NCBI GenBank assembly: GCA_031835245.2
Contig: JAVKOQ020000052.1
Span: 186,001 to 247,118 of the forward strand
Length of the DNA: 61,118 nucleotides
Direction of reading: 5' to 3'
Source of the DNA: Balamuthia mandrillaris
Lineage: Eukaryota
Below the pieces are notes generated by a model. It had not been told where the DNA came from and did not search any database. It worked only from the letters and a program-made list of their open reading frames with translations. Shown here piece after piece: positions 1 through 13,536 of this stretch (within the stretch, counting starts at the first letter, position 1; each line of letters starts with the position of its first letter). The position numbers and the translations under genes were made by a program.

Positions 1-897
1 TCAACGAAAGACAGAGGGCAGAGGAGACAAAAGAGGCTGCCAGAGGGCAGAGCTCAACAACTCCTTCCTTTTTTTTGCAGTCTTGCTTGCTAACAAGAAT
101 GAGTCACGTACCACTTTGATACTGCTGTTTGTTCTTCGTGTGTAGTAACATAAAAACATCCAACGCTTTTTTTTGTCTGTGAAGAGAGCATCGGGAGACA
201 TGAGAGGGGAGACACTCCTGTGATGCCTGAAAGAAGAGAGCAGAAGAGCAGAAGAAGAAGAAGAACGAAAGGAAGAAAAAGAGTGCATAGGGAGGCATGA
301 GAGTGGAGCGAAGACACTCACGTGACGCTTGAAAGAAGAGAGAAGAGCAGAAGCACAAAGCCCAAGACGAAAACATCGCCAACATTTTTAATGGATTGAT
401 TTAAATAATCAAAACACCAACGAAAAATCAAAAAAATGAGGACGCAACAATCAAAACACCAATGAACAATCGTACATACGTTCAACCGGAAACTTAAAAA
501 AAAAACAGGAAAGAAAAATGGGACTGTCGCCTGACACGTAGACAAACCCAACAACCCCCTTCTTTTTCTTTCCCCCCTCATGGTTGTTTTTTTTGTTGGT
601 GTGTTTATGTGGCGCTCCATATCCCACCCTCTGGACCAGTCGCTTCTTTTTTTCTTTTTATTTTTGACGGTTTCTCGATTTTTTTTTTGTATTTATTTAT
701 TGCTGCTATAGAGAGACATGTCATTCGTTATTGGTGCGTCTCCATTCTGTTTTATGTTCGCACATACACACACCCCACGCAAAAAGGACCCTCTCGCCTC
801 TCTTCTTTCCTCCTTCGCCACCCCCCGTTTTCCTTCCCATAGATCCATTTGGTTTTTTAGACCTGATACTGAAAAAAAAAACAAACAAAACGACAAA

Positions 898-2456
898 ATG
901 GATGTGGTGATAGAGACCAAGATCTTGCCGACCGCTGCGACCGGAGGAGCCCTGTCCTTTCCGTTTCATGAAGGGCCACTGAAGGCTTCTTGTGTTGCTT
1001 CCTTTCACAAAGGTTCTCTCCCGCCCTCACTGAAGTTCTCTCTTCTTCTCTTGCCCCGCTCTCTTTGTCTCTGTCTCTTGTTCGCTCTTCTTCTCTTGCT
1101 CTCTTGTTCGCCCGCTCTCTGCTCTTCTCTTCTTCTCTTCTTCTCTTCTTCTCTTCTTCTCTTCTTCTCTTCTTCTCTTGCTCTCTTGTTCGCCCGCTCT
1201 CTGCTCTTCTCTTCTTCTCTCTTCTCTCGTTCTCTCTCCTCTCTCCTCTCTCCTCTCTCCTCTCTCCTCTCTCCTCTCTCTCCTCTCTCTCCTCTCTCTC
1301 CTCTCTCTCCTCTCCTCTCTCTCTGCTGCTCTCTTCTCGTTGTGCTGATGGTTCGTCGCTTCATGAAGTGGAGTGCTACACCAACACAGCTCTCCCACGC
1401 ACGGTATCGCCACCGGCGCAACGCTTGCTCTCCATGAGGCAGCAACAAAAGCCACCTGATGCAGTTTCTTCGCTTCTCTTGTCCTGCTGCATGATGCTGC
1501 TTCCGGACGAGCTTCTGTTGGAGATTTTGGGTCACCTGGACACATGTGACCTGCTTCGGGTGTCCATGGTGAACGCTCGCCTATCCTCTGTAGGACAAGA
1601 CGAGTCTTTATGGTAGTTTCTTTTTTTTTCTTTTGTTTGGACCTATATCAGAGTTGCTAAGTCACTTCTCTCTCTTCTCTTTGCTTCCCTCTCCTCTCTT
1701 TTCTGATGAAGGCAGAAGCTTTACTTGAGGAACGCGGATCCAGCGAATTCCGCTTTGAACGCAACGTGTAGCTATCGTAGCTACATGATGCGGTCTCTAG
1801 AAGAAGGACCAATGTTGCATGATGACCTCCTCTCCTTTAGACGTTTGGAAATCGAACGGTTTTCATTCCTTTCCCTCTCCTTGCGCTTGTTCTCTTCACT
1901 TCTTCATTCGGCACTCTTTGTTTTCATGGAATTTTTCTGACAAGAGTGCAAAAAGGTTTCGAACGCCCAGAACATGGGAACAACTAAGGAAAGTTTGTCG
2001 GGACTTTTGCAACGCATACTCTCTCTCGCCAGCCGACGTCTTCATTTCAAACTTGCAAATCTTGCACACCCATTGTTTGCTGTCCACCAGAAGGTTTACA
2101 AGTTTGCTCTTCTTTTTTCTTTACCTTGTTTTCTCGTTCTCTCGTTCTCTCATCTCTGCCCTCTTCCTTTAGACTCGTCTTCTTGCTGCCTGTTAACACT
2201 GCTTTCGTGTTGTAGTGTACCCATAAAGCTGCTTCCACACGAATTGCCAACGTCTCTCTGCCTTGGCGTCATCTTCCGACCACCAGAAGTTCATCTACTG
2301 CCACTCCCTGTGGCCAGATTCAGCCAATGGACCATGAAGAACACAAGCGGACAAGCGCTGGACCTCCACGACTTGCCTCGATCCTTCCAGCGGGTCAGGG
2401 TCTTTTGTGTGTCCAACGCTTCTGTCCACCAGTTCTACAACGTACGGTTCTGTTGA
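898..2456 (+). CDS. F-box domain protein (multi-exon)
   Basis: ATG 898 after an A-rich leader; GT-AG introns join in frame; F-box motif LLPDELLLEILGHLDTCDLLRVSMVNARLSSVGQDESLW at ~1496-1612; stop 2454-2456. Confidence 0.75.
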
Positions 2457-2700
2457 CTGAAATGAAAACAAAAAAAACGAACGAGCAGCACTCGTTCTTT
2501 GGTTTGCCTTTCATCAGAAGAGGAGGAGGAGAAAGAGATAAAGAAACCGGAAGAGGATTCTCCGCGGTGAGCATCAATTGCAGGAGCGGAGATAGAAAGG
2601 GCGAAAGGGTGAATGGTTATTTAATGATAAATATGTCGACAATTTGCGCTTTTATGGACAAAACTTTGAGTTGTTTGATATTTGATTGGTGGGAAAATAG

Positions 2701-2812
2701 ATCATCTAATGACGTCATTCCTAGATTAATCGTCGACATTCCTCCATGCATGACGTCATCTCCTAGACATGTCGACAAAATGTTCGATGACCATGGTAAC
2801 CGTGATGTCATT
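2701..2812. promoter_or_regulatory. Clustered TGACGTCA (CRE/ATF-like) and GTCGAC motifs upstream of the PIPK-like gene
   Basis: TGACGTCA at 2710 and 2751, each followed by TCCTAGA and then GTCGACA (2732, 2771). Confidence 0.45.
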
Positions 2813-3172
2813 TATGCAACATTTTTATTCAAAAAATTGAATGAAAAAAGGAAATGAAGCGAAAAAATATTCAAAATGAAAATTATTTCAATAATTGCAA
2901 CCCAATAAAACAAACGAAGGAGGAGGAAAGAAACCCAAAGGAAGTAGCGGTAAAGAGGGGCTCCCATTCCTTCCCCCGAACTTCTTCTATCGTCGAAGCT
3001 TCTCACACGCACCACACACACGTTCTCTCTTTTCGTTTTTTTCCGGTTGTGAGCACATCCGTTCGGGTTTTTTTTTGTGAGGTACTTAAAAACTCTTTTT
3101 TTTTTTGAAGCGCTTCGATTAACTTTTTTTTTTGTTTTGTGTTGCTTCACATATTAAAGAGAAAGAGAGGAA

Positions 3173-6100
3173 ATGAAGAAAGAGGAAGGTGTTGCTGCAG
3201 AGACAACCAAGAAAAAGTCGGCTGCTGGGTCCGTCTTAGCACAACCGACGACGAAAAGCAAATTGGCGACCGTCCGTTCTCCGCCCACCAAGAAGAGGAG
3301 CCCCTCGTCGTCCTCCTCAACCAAGCAACAACAGGAGAAAGAGGAGGAGGAGAAGAGGAAGAAGAGGACGACCACAACGCCAACAGCGAGCTCAGCGCCG
3401 ACCACGCCCACGACTACCAAGTTGAAAAAGAAGAAGAAGCTCCCGAAACAGAAGCTCAAAGCCAAACAAGAAGCAGAAGAGGAGGGAGAGGAGGAGGAGG
3501 GAGTGAGGGCAAATGGCCATGAAGGAGGGGAGGAGGACTCGGATGAGGCGGAGAACGAAGAGGACGAAGAGGAGGAGGAAGAAGAAAGGAAGATGGTGGA
3601 CCCGGCCAAACAGAAACGAAAAAAGGAGGAGGAGAGTGTGGACTCTTCCACCTTAGCTCATAGCGAGTCCTTTGTGGAGGACGCTTTTCAACTGGACAAC
3701 GACGATGGCGACACCCACGCCGCGTCTTCCTCTTCCTCTTCTTCCTCAAAACAAACAGAGAAAGGAACAACAACAGCGTCGACAGCAACTCCTCCAACCA
3801 CTACCAAACCAACGACAAAGAAGATATACACGCTGGAAGAGGTGCTGCGGATAGGAAAAGGCATTTTGGACTTTGACGACGACGACGATGATGACGAAGA
3901 TGAGGAGAGAGGAGAAGACGGCATGGGTGGCAGCATTCCTCCAGAGAAGATGACCGTGGAGCAGCTGCAAGAGTACGCGGAGGAGAGGCTGAGAGAGGTC
4001 AAGACGCGCACCAACACCGTCATCAACCGAACGGCCGCTGTGTTGGGGATAGACACGATGCCAAACACGGTTGATATTCGCTTCAAGATGGCGGGAGAGG
4101 GAGAGTTTCAGTCATGGGAGGAACTATTGGTGACAGAAGAAGAGAGAGTGGAACAGCAACAAAGAGAAGAGGGAAGTACCCACAAGGATGAGAGAGGCGA
4201 GGAAGAGGTGGAAGGAGGAGGCGATTTTTCGCGATGGCGAGCGAAGGAGGATTTTTTGCTGCCAATGATGTTGGCTGTGCGAACTTCTGTATGTGGTCTC
4301 TTCCTTTCTCTCTTCATTTATTCTCTTATTTCTTCTTGTTCTTGTTCTCTTCTCCTTGTTCTGCTTCTGCTTCTGCTTCTCCTTCCGCTTGTTCTTGTTC
4401 TTGTTCTTGTTCTTCTTCTTGTTCTTCTTCTTGTTCTTCTTCTTGTTCTTGTTCTTGTTCTTCTGCTTCTTCTTGTTCTTGTGCTTCTTCTTCTCACCGT
4501 TATCTCTGCAATAGGTGCAAGCAGCTGAAAAAGAAGAAACTACCCCAGAAGGCGTAAAATATGGTTTGGGAACTTACAAGATGTATTCTCTTGTTATGTA
4601 CGTTTGTTCTTTCAAAAATAATGTTTTCACTCAAAACTTATCTCTTTCTTTCCCATTCAAAATAAAGAGCGGGCCACGTTGAGCGATACTCTCTTAAGGA
4701 CTTTGCTCCACATACTTTTCATAAGTTTCGACACTCCTCTGGCGTTTCAACACAAGACATCATGGTTCGTCTTTTCATCATCGTGTAGTTCTTTGTCCTC
4801 TCCTTCATCTTGTTCAACTTCTTGTCTCTGTCGTTCTTCGTCTTCGCCTCACACTTAAAACCGCAAACTGATACCTCATTTATAAACAAAGTGGTCATGG
4901 TCAAGCACTAATGTACAGATGCAAGAAGCAGATTCTGTCCCTGGCAAAGGGAAGAAACTATTGCCCAGCATGGTTTTTTCTTGGGATAAACGATTCATCA
5001 TTCAAACTATCACCAAAGAGCAAGCAAGATTCTTGCTTTGTATTCTTCCTACCTACCTTGAGGTTCTCTTCTTTCTGTTCTTTCTTCTTTTTTTTCTCTG
5101 ATGTTTCTATCTTGTAACTAATTTTTGTTTGCGAACAACAGCATCTGGACCGTAATCCAATGTCTCTTTTGGTGCGTTATTACGGTCTTTATAAGATGAG
5201 TGCCAAAAGTGCCAAAAAACCCGTTTACTTTGTTGTGACCGGAAATGTTTTCGCTGGCAAACCTCCTTCAGCCATGAAAGATGTCTTCATTCTGGAGGAA
5301 GAACGAAGAGTGCAACAGCTTAAAGGCAAAAACAAAACCGGCAGTCAAATCGCCGCTCGCAAGAAGATCAACTATAACGCGAAGAATAACAAGTTACGGT
5401 TCAGAGCGTTCTCCAACCCAACCGCGGTTCGTGCAAAGCAGCAGCCGTTGAAATCGAGTTCGCTTGCTACTGCTTCCGCGACGGGGTCGTCTCGTTCATC
5501 TTCTTGCTCGGATGCGCAGGAAGCAATGGCTTACTCAGAGAATGGGTACTTCAATCGCTCTTCATTCTTCTGGTGTCTTTTCTTCTTTTTTTTTCTGCTT
5601 CTTTACTTATGGTTGTGGTTACCTGCTGCATTTTTTATTTTTGTTAAAGGCATTTGAAAGAAGATATCAACGACAGTGAATGCGACTCAACCACTGAAGC
5701 AGGAGAAGGAGGATGCGAATCAGAGTTCTCGGCAACAAACGGGCTGAGTCGAAGTTGCGGTGACATTGTTGTTGTTGGAGAGGAACTGGAAAAACAAACG
5801 CGGCCGATATTTCTCGAAGTTGACTCTCAAAAAACATTTTTGCAACAATTGGATGCCGATTGCAAGTTTTTGAAGGCCAATCATATGGTCTTTTACAAAC
5901 TTTTGGTTGGAGTTAGTTTCGTCTACAAGTCAGAGCTTGGCAGCGGTAGCAGCAACAATAACAATGCCTACAACCGACTGTCTCTTTCGATGTTGAAAGA
6001 GGGCACAAAACGTGCGTATCTCATGTTCATATCTGATCTTTTCTTATTGCTTTTGCACTACTTTTCTTTTTCCTTCTTTTGCTAACAAAGTATCGTACAA

Positions 6101-6647
6101 TAGTGCCCTCCATGGTCTACTTTGTGGAGCCACCAAAAAGGAGAGAAATCAAACCGCCCAAATCACTCGCTCAACCCACGAAAGGAGCTCCACCTCCTTC
6201 TATTAGTGCTCTTAAAAAGCCACCCAATCTAGCTTCTTCTTCATCTTCCTCTTCTTCTTGTTGTTCTTCCTCCGGTTCTTCCTCTTCTCCTGCTGTCATG
6301 ACGCAATGGCAGAGACGGCACTCGTCCACACCAGCCTACTCCACTGCCACTATCATTGGAAGTCCACGTCAGACCAGAAGACCTTTGTTGAGTGGTGCCC
6401 TCGCTGATGGCAAATCCAAGGTCTATTTTCTACTTCTCCCCGCTTTTTCTTATTTCCTCTCGTGTTAACGTCTCAACGGTGTGCCCAAACACAACAAAAT
6501 AGGAAGCAGATGGCATAAACAGAAATTTTTTAGCGAAAAACGTGTCCGACTCCGATATTAAAGGAAAGTTGAGCAAAGACTATTCCCCATCTTTAGGGTT
6601 CGTAAACGCCTCTCTGTTACTCGCATTTGTATTGACCTTCGCTCTCC

Positions 6648-6694
<47 letters not shown>

Positions 6695-7354
6695 GAACAG
6701 AGCAACGCTATTTCATGAAGGAGTTTTGTCGAAGCTAATATCACCAACAAACAACATTGATATGAGCAACACAAATAGCAGAACGCCAGAAAGAAAAAAC
6801 TCAAGAGGAGAACACCAAGGAGATAATGGAGAAAATAGTGCTGAGATGGAGGATGAAAACTATTTGCGTTACAAGTACCTAAACAACAATGATGACAAAG
6901 AAAACGGAAGCAAGAAGGGACGCAAAGGAGGATCGTCCAAGAAAAAGAAGAGAAAAAAGTCAATACCAGCAACAAAAGAAGAACCGAAAGTAACAACGAC
7001 TACAAACGCAACAGAGGAAGCGAATCAACGGACCGATTTGGAAGAAACGGAAGATGAGGTGTTGAAAGAGTTGGAACGCTATCACATCGGCATCATTGGC
7101 ATTCTCCACAAGTCAGCCCCACGTAAAGCTTCTTTGCCTCGTCTCTTTGGATCGGTACTTTCTTTCAACTCTTCTTATTTTTTTCACACTTTTGCTCACT
7201 TTTTCTTTCATTTCAAAAGCGGGCAACACAACCAAAGAAAGAGGAAGGCACTCTGGAACATCAATGGGCAAGTTGCTTGCGAGATGTGGTTGTTGAAACG
7301 TTAATGGGTGGCAAGGATCCTCTTTCTTCTTCCACAACAACCACTTCCACTTAA
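3173..7354 (+). CDS. Phosphatidylinositol-phosphate kinase (PIP5K/PIP4K) fold protein, probable pseudokinase (multi-exon)
   Basis: Exons give DFAPHTFHKFR, FSWDKRFIIQTI, NPMSLLVRYYGLY, LDADCKFLKANHMVFYKLLVG and YHIGIIGIL in PIPK order; long Lys/Glu-rich N-terminus; last exon ends TAA 7352-7354. Confidence 0.8.
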
Positions 7355-7481
7355 AACCAATTTTTGTATCTTTTGTTTCGATGTTTTTTTTTAAAAAAAG
7401 AAACAACAGTTTTGAAAAAAACGCAGACAACAAAAATACAACAAGGCTAAAGAAAAGAGATGTGGAGAGAAGCTCTGTCTC

Positions 7482-9721
7482 TCATAACCGCATCCAACTG
7501 TCTCTCTCCATTCCAGAAACAGCCATTTGTATCTTCGTTTTTGTTGTCCTCGTTGCTTCTTTTTCGCTCAAAGGGGCCTTCTGCTTATCATTCTCCTCGA
7601 GAACCTGATAAACGCTCTCCACCAAAGCCATCGCGCGTTTGTCCAACCAGAGCTCCTGTGGATCCACCGCTCCCATCATGTTCATCACGTAAGCAAAGCT
7701 CATCCTTCGGTCCAAGTCAGCAAAGGCCAAAGAGCCTCCATAGCCACAAGAGCCTATCACGTGCCAATCGGGCTTCAACTTTACCCACCCGCCTCTCGTG
7801 AAGGCTGCTTCGCTTTTGAGGATGACGTCTTTGCTGAACTTGACTGGTTTGGTTTCTTCCAGAAGAAGCTCTTGCAGAGATTTGGAGAATCCGAAGGAAG
7901 AAGAAGAGTTGAGAGAAGGAGGAAGGAAAGAAGAAGAGGAGCTGCCGAGAGCCACGAGATGATACAGTTTGGCGAGACCGTCTGCGGAGCCTATGCCTGC
8001 GCAGGAAGGGGCTTCGAGCGACCGAATCTCGGTCGTGTCGTACATCGCAAGGTTCATTGCTCCGTTCAATGCAGCTAACAAGAAGATAAGTTAAATGGAA
8101 TAGTAAGGGAGGAAGCTAGAAATAAGGAAGGAGAGGGCGAAGGAGAACAATAGAAGTTGGATAAAGAATAGAACTTACTTGGACGTGTAAAAGCTCCGTA
8201 AGATAAGGAAGAAGAATCCATCAGTTCGTTAAAAAACTCTGACCCCCAAAACTGTTCCTCGAAGAGATAGGGCGAAAGGCTTTCGATGGCAGCCCACAAC
8301 TTTGGTCTTGGCACCAACTGAGCTGTTCGGTGGTGATGCTTTTCATCCAACCTTTGTAGATGATAACATTTAGAGAAAGGTCATCGGAAACAAAAAAAAA
8401 AAATGAACGACGGAAGCAAGAGAAGCAATGGAAACTTATTTTACCGAAAGTGGAAGTCGATGCCAAATGGTTCTGCGATTTCTTCTCTGAAGAACTCGTC
8501 CATTCCTCGTCCCTTGACGTCCACCCTGCGGATGAGTTGAGACAAGAAGAAGTCTCGGCTGATCGCGTGATATCCATGCACTCCCTTTTATATATCAAAT
8601 GAGCAAATGACAGAAAAGAGAGAAAAAAACGAGAATGAGCACTTGAAAGAAAGAAAGAATGTACCTCAGTGACCTTCCAGTTGGGCTTTTGTTTGGCCAA
8701 CAAATCTCCAAGCTCAGTGGAGGTGGTTGCTTCTTGCAAGAACGTTAAGTCGTCATAGAGAGGATCATCTATCACGGCTAAACCTGCTTCGTGTCGCAAT
8801 AACTGACCCAAAGTTATGTTTTCTTTGCCTATATTTTGTTGAATATCAGTAAAGCGAAACGAACGAAATAGAAGAACGAGAACGAAGGACGAAGAACGAA
8901 GAAGAAAAAGCACAAGAAGAAAAGAAGAAGAAGAACAAACCTTCTTGCGCAAACTCGGGCCAATAATAAGCAACAGCAGTATCATAATCCAATCGACCAT
9001 CCGCAACAAGCTTGGCAATGCACAAGTTTGCAACTCCTTTGCCGGTGCTAAACACGTTCACCAGGGTGTCCTTTCGCCACTCATCGTAGCCGCTGCCGTC
9101 TTCGCTTGGCTTGGCCACTCCAGCCCAAAGATCAACAACTTTCTCACCATTCACTGTTGTTTGTTCAAAAACAACATATGAGTAAGAAAATGAAAAGAAT
9201 GAAGAGTAGAGAGAAGAGAAGAGAGAAGCAGAGAAGCGAGTAAAGAGAACGAGAGAACGACGAAGAGAAGAGAGAAGAGAGAAGAGAGAAGAGAGAGAAG
9301 AGAACGAGAGAACGAGAGAACTAGAGAACGAGAGAACGAGAGAAGAGAGAACGATGAAGAGCAGAGAAGGGAGCGGAGAAGAGAAGGAAGAACAAGAGAT
9401 TAGCGGGGAAAAAATAGCAGACAACGAACCGTAGACCACAACAGCGGCCCCGACCTCGTCAAACTCCTCAAAGTTGCGACGGAAGCGCTCCCTCACGGCC
9501 GCAAAGTCCTCCCTCCATTTGCCCCGAACGGGAACGTTGGAGCACTCCGTCAGGCCGACAAAGCAGGCAAAGCTGTGGTTGGGCTTGGGGTTGAACAGCA
9601 CCTTGGGGTAGGCCAGCACCACGCCGAGGAGGCTGCAGAGGAGCAGGGAGCAGAGGGCGAGGAGGCGAAGCCTGCTTCCATGGTTCTTATGATCACTATG
9701 TTGCGTTCTCCTTTCCGTCAT
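7482..9721 (-). CDS. Beta-lactamase-family serine hydrolase/esterase with N-terminal hydrophobic anchor (multi-exon)
   Basis: GEKVVDLWAG, catalytic SxxK in VFSTGKGVA, YWPEFAQ, LLRHEAGL, HGYHA, GYGGSLAFAD...SFAYVMN. Confidence 0.88.
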
Positions 9722-10117
9722 ATTTTTTTTTTTTTTTTGGAGTGAGTGGATCAAGTGCAACACTGACGCATCGGGAGGGAGTGCCACTCGGAAAGTTGCG
9801 AAAGCGAAAAATAATAGAAAATAATAAGCCGGCATGTTCTGCCTTTTTTTTTTTCGCCCTCGGATTTTTTATTATGAGCGTAAAATGAAATGAAATGGAA
9901 TTATGAATTAATTTTCGCTGCGAAATTGAATGAAAAAAAGAGGAAGAGAAAATTCGGAATGTCCGGAACGCTAGGAATTTTGGTTGACGTCAGCGCCTCT
10001 AGGTAATCAAGATTGATCTATGATGACCCCTCTTTGTCGACATTAATTGTGTATTTTTGTAGACAGCGTCTCTTTCGGCAACAAGAAAAGAAGAATAAAA
10101 GAGAAGAAAGAATAAGA

Positions 10118-12026
10118 ATGTTGGCGGTGGGGGAGAAGCGCTATGTGTTGGAGCTGCTGAAGGAAAGGAGGGAAGGAGGGAGGGACATGGTGGATCCGGC
10201 CGTGAAGGCCGTCTTTGGGGCATCCCCTCCGTTCCCAACCTCCATCCCGGTGAACGAGGAGAGCGACGAGGACTTGGAACAGGTAGCAGAGGAAGAACGC
10301 CTGGCTTCCATGGGGGGAAAACAGGAACGGGCCTCTCGAAAGACAAACAGCTCGGGGGATACCCTACGGATAACTAAAGATGAAAAGGAAAAGGCAGAGC
10401 GAGACAAGCAAAAGTGGGAAGGTGGCGTACGGGGAACTACGGGCAACATGTTTCAAAAGGACACCACCTTCAAGAACAACTTCTCCGCCACGAACGCCGC
10501 TAAAGAGTCCGTCATGAGCAAAATCATTGGCTCAGCGGCAGAGAAAGAAAGGAAGAGCCAGCTGGCCGTAGTCGTTTATTTATATATTAACCATCCGCCT
10601 GATGAAGGCGAGAAGGAAAACAGCGGACGAGCTGCTTCTTCTGCAGGGACTCTCATGCAACTCTGCCTCAAGGAACACACGACGATTGGAGGTCTGCTAA
10701 AAGCGGTGAGAGGCAAGTTGGACGCCGAGGGTAAGCCTAGCAAAGGCAAGTGTACAGTAAGGATCGCAGAGGAGGACGGCTCGCCTGATGAAGACATTCC
10801 AGGTTCGAACCTTATTCCTTGCTCCCTCTATAGAGTCATGTACTTGCTCACGCTATGTTTGTCATCAAAGCCTTGAGTGAAGAGCAGCCTCTAAGGAAGT
10901 TTGGAAGACGATTTGCGGTGGTGCAAACTCTCGCAGGTCGGTAAAGAGATGCAAAAGCTCTTGTTCTTCCGTTTTGTTCAACAGTTCTCGTTCTCCAAAC
11001 AAACCAACCAACAGAGGGTGACGTTCCATCCGCACTGAACGCATACGATAAGAAACTGTTGAAGATTAACCTGCCAAAGAATGAACACCAGGTTGGGCAA
11101 ACTCTTCACATCGAAATTCTTACTCACCTCTTTGTTCTGGTCTCTCACTCGTCCTCGTCACGCACTTATCCTCTCCTCTCGTTTTTTTTTTTTTTGCTAT
11201 CTTCTTCCTCGTCTCGTCTTCTGCCTTCTTTCTCCTTCCTCAGATGGTGGCCTATCAAGGGGACATGCAAATCAGGACGTTGCTGCGGAGGTTGTGCGAG
11301 CGGAGGGCATTGGACTACACAGAGCACTGTCTGACACAGCCGGACTCACACGAGGCTCTGCACCCTGACACCACTCTGGATAAACTGCCTATCCCTGAAG
11401 TAACGTTACGCTCTTCTGTAACTGGTACGTCGCAGCCACAAACAAATAACAACAGACCTTTTCAACGATGATGTTTCGGTATGCAAACAGGAAAACCAGA
11501 AGGAGAGGCTGGCGATGCTTTGGCTTTCTGGAGCGACACGAACGCTTTCCGTTTTACCGAGTACCAGGTGACCAAGTTCAAGCGGTTCGGTCCCAACCAG
11601 GAACGGATTCTCGGGCTGGAAAAGGACTGCATTACCAATAACTCGTTGAAGAAAGGACACTCCACCAAACGGGTAACAACAAACTTTCGTTCTCCTTTCT
11701 GCAACCATTAAAAAAAAAGCCGAAAACAACTAACAAGATCAAAAACAAATAAGCCCATGAGGTCCATCAAAGAGTTAAAGTCGGCAACGTTGTTGGGAGA
11801 CCACAAACCCAGACAGTTTTCCCTGCGCTTCATCGACCGCCGGACCTACGTCTACGAAGCCAAAACCGTCAAAGACGCCAGTAAGTTCTTTCTTTTCGCC
11901 ATTTTTCCAAGAACCCCCCAAAAAGAAAGAAAACTTCTCACACCTTTTCCATCTCCTCCACCGCGGCAAACGCGAAAAGGGGAAATTGTGGCGAAGCTGC
12001 GCTACATCAAAGAAAGGGGAGACTAG
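10118..12026 (+). CDS. SIN1: TORC2 subunit SIN1/Avo1/RIP3 homolog (CRIM, RBD and PH domains; multi-exon)
   Basis: CRIM motif RIAEEDGSPDEDIP/ALSEEQPLRKFG; RBD-like LLRRLCERRALD; PH-like YQVTKFKRFGPNQERILGL...YVYEA...EIVAKLRYI. Confidence 0.8.
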
Positions 12027-12390
12027 CAGTAAACCCCCCCTTTGATTGGCTCAGTGATCGGTTACTGAAAGTTTCAAACCACCAATCAAAAATCAAAACA
12101 GAGGCTTTATCTTACCATAAAAAGGCCATTTTCTGTTGTCTTTTTCTTTGTCTCATCTCTAGCAGAGATCTTTCACGTCGACAAAAATTCATTGCTCCGC
12201 TTTACCCCCCCCCTCAGATCAACATGACATCACCCACCTGAATTAAGTAATTTGCCGGGTTTTGTGATTAATTAGGATGGAACCCTCGCCCTTTGGCCCA
12301 AAAAAAGAAAAGTCACGAAAATAAAAAGACCCTCACCACCGCTTTTTCTTTTTTGCTGCTGTTTGACTGAAACTATCGCACTACGTTTTT

Positions 12391-12431
12391 GCACTCACTC
12401 ACTCACTCACTCACTCACTCACTCACTCACT
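12391..12431 (+). repeat. (ACTC)n microsatellite in the 5' leader of the granulin-like gene
   Basis: About 10 tandem ACTC units immediately before ATG 12435. Confidence 0.9.
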
Positions 12432-12434
12432 ACG

Positions 12435-12788
12435 ATGAAGGTTATTGTTGCCTGCCTTTTGTTCGCCCTTGTGGCCGTGGCTGTGGCCGTTCCCCTGCGC
12501 AAGGTGGACCCCCTCGCCCGCGTTCCTCGCTTCGACGCTGAGGAGCACCAGCTCGCCCCCCGTGACGCCTGCTCCAACAGCCCCTGCGGCTCTGGCGAGA
12601 CCTGCTGCCTGATGCCCGACGGCTCTGCTGGCTGCTGCCCCTTCCCCAACGCCTGCTGCTGCCCTGACAAGCAGAGCTGCTGCGGTGAGTACAAGTGCGA
12701 GTGCACCGGCTGCCCTGGCCCCAGCTGCAGCTGCTCCAGCTGCGGCAGTGACGGACAGTGCATCAACAACGAGGCCTTCAACTTCTAA
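12435..12788 (+). CDS. Small secreted Cys-rich granulin-like protein (117 aa, intronless)
   Basis: Signal peptide MKVIVACLLFALVAVAVA; C-x4-C-x5-CC-x8-CC-x5-CCC-PDKQS-CC fits granulin spacing; strongly C/G-ending codons. Confidence 0.8.
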   Translation: MKVIVACLLFALVAVAVAVPLRKVDPLARVPRFDAEEHQLAPRDACSNSPCGSGETCCLMPDGSAGCCPFPNACCCPDKQSCCGEYKCECTGCPGPSCSCSSCGSDGQCINNEAFNF

Positions 12789-13536
12789 GAAAGCTTTTGC
12801 GTTGCATCACACTGTTTGATTTGTGATTCTCACTCCCCCTCACTACCACACTTCGCAACAGAATAAAAATCATTTTCTGCTGCGAACTTTCTCATCTCTT
12901 TTGTCGTCAACGACAAGACTCGTTCATCTTCAAGGAGAACGTGGACAGACCACGACTTTAAAGAAGCAAAGGGGCACTCTCTTCCCCCACAAACATGTAA
13001 CAGGTGATATCCGTGGAACCGCCCACATCAACGCACGTCTTTTAGCTACTGCCAGAAGGATGTCCCATCCAGAATCGGCACGCTGCTCTCTTCTTTTTCT
13101 TCTTCGTCCTCCTCTTCATACCCCTCCAATTCTGTGTCCAAGGAAGAAAAAGAAGAAGAAGAACAAGAAGAACAACGAAAAGAGAGGAGTAGAAGAACAA
13201 GAAGAAGAAGAAGCACAAGAACAAGAAAAAAAGAGGAACTGTGCTTCGCCTTTTCCGCTCCTCCATATCCGTTTCGGTCAACCGCAAAGTCACACTGACG
13301 CCATGAAAGCTTTTTTTTAGGGGGTTTTGTGCGCTAAACTTTCTCCCTATCTCCCTAGCGCTGTTTCTCATTCGCCCTTACCCTCAAAGCAGAAAACTCC
13401 GCTTTTTCTCAGATGACCTCATGGTAGGAGGATATAATAAGCCTTATACGTAACGCTCCGAACAAAACAAACACAAAAAACAACAAAGAAGGAGGAACGC
13501 AAAAAAAAAACCCACAAAAAAAAAAAAAAACAAACC

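Noticed and set aside
1..390. Possible spliced minus-strand gene fragment at the window edge, with a ~45-bp imperfect repeat (210-255 vs 313-356)
   Set aside because: No recognisable domain or reliable start; cannot be supported
990..1545. Long low-complexity ORFs (poly-SL, RE, FLSF, VCLF) here and at 4234-4557, 17900-18611, 34006-34299, 58099-58762 and 60067-60775
   Set aside because: They are translations of intronic microsatellites that lack stop codons
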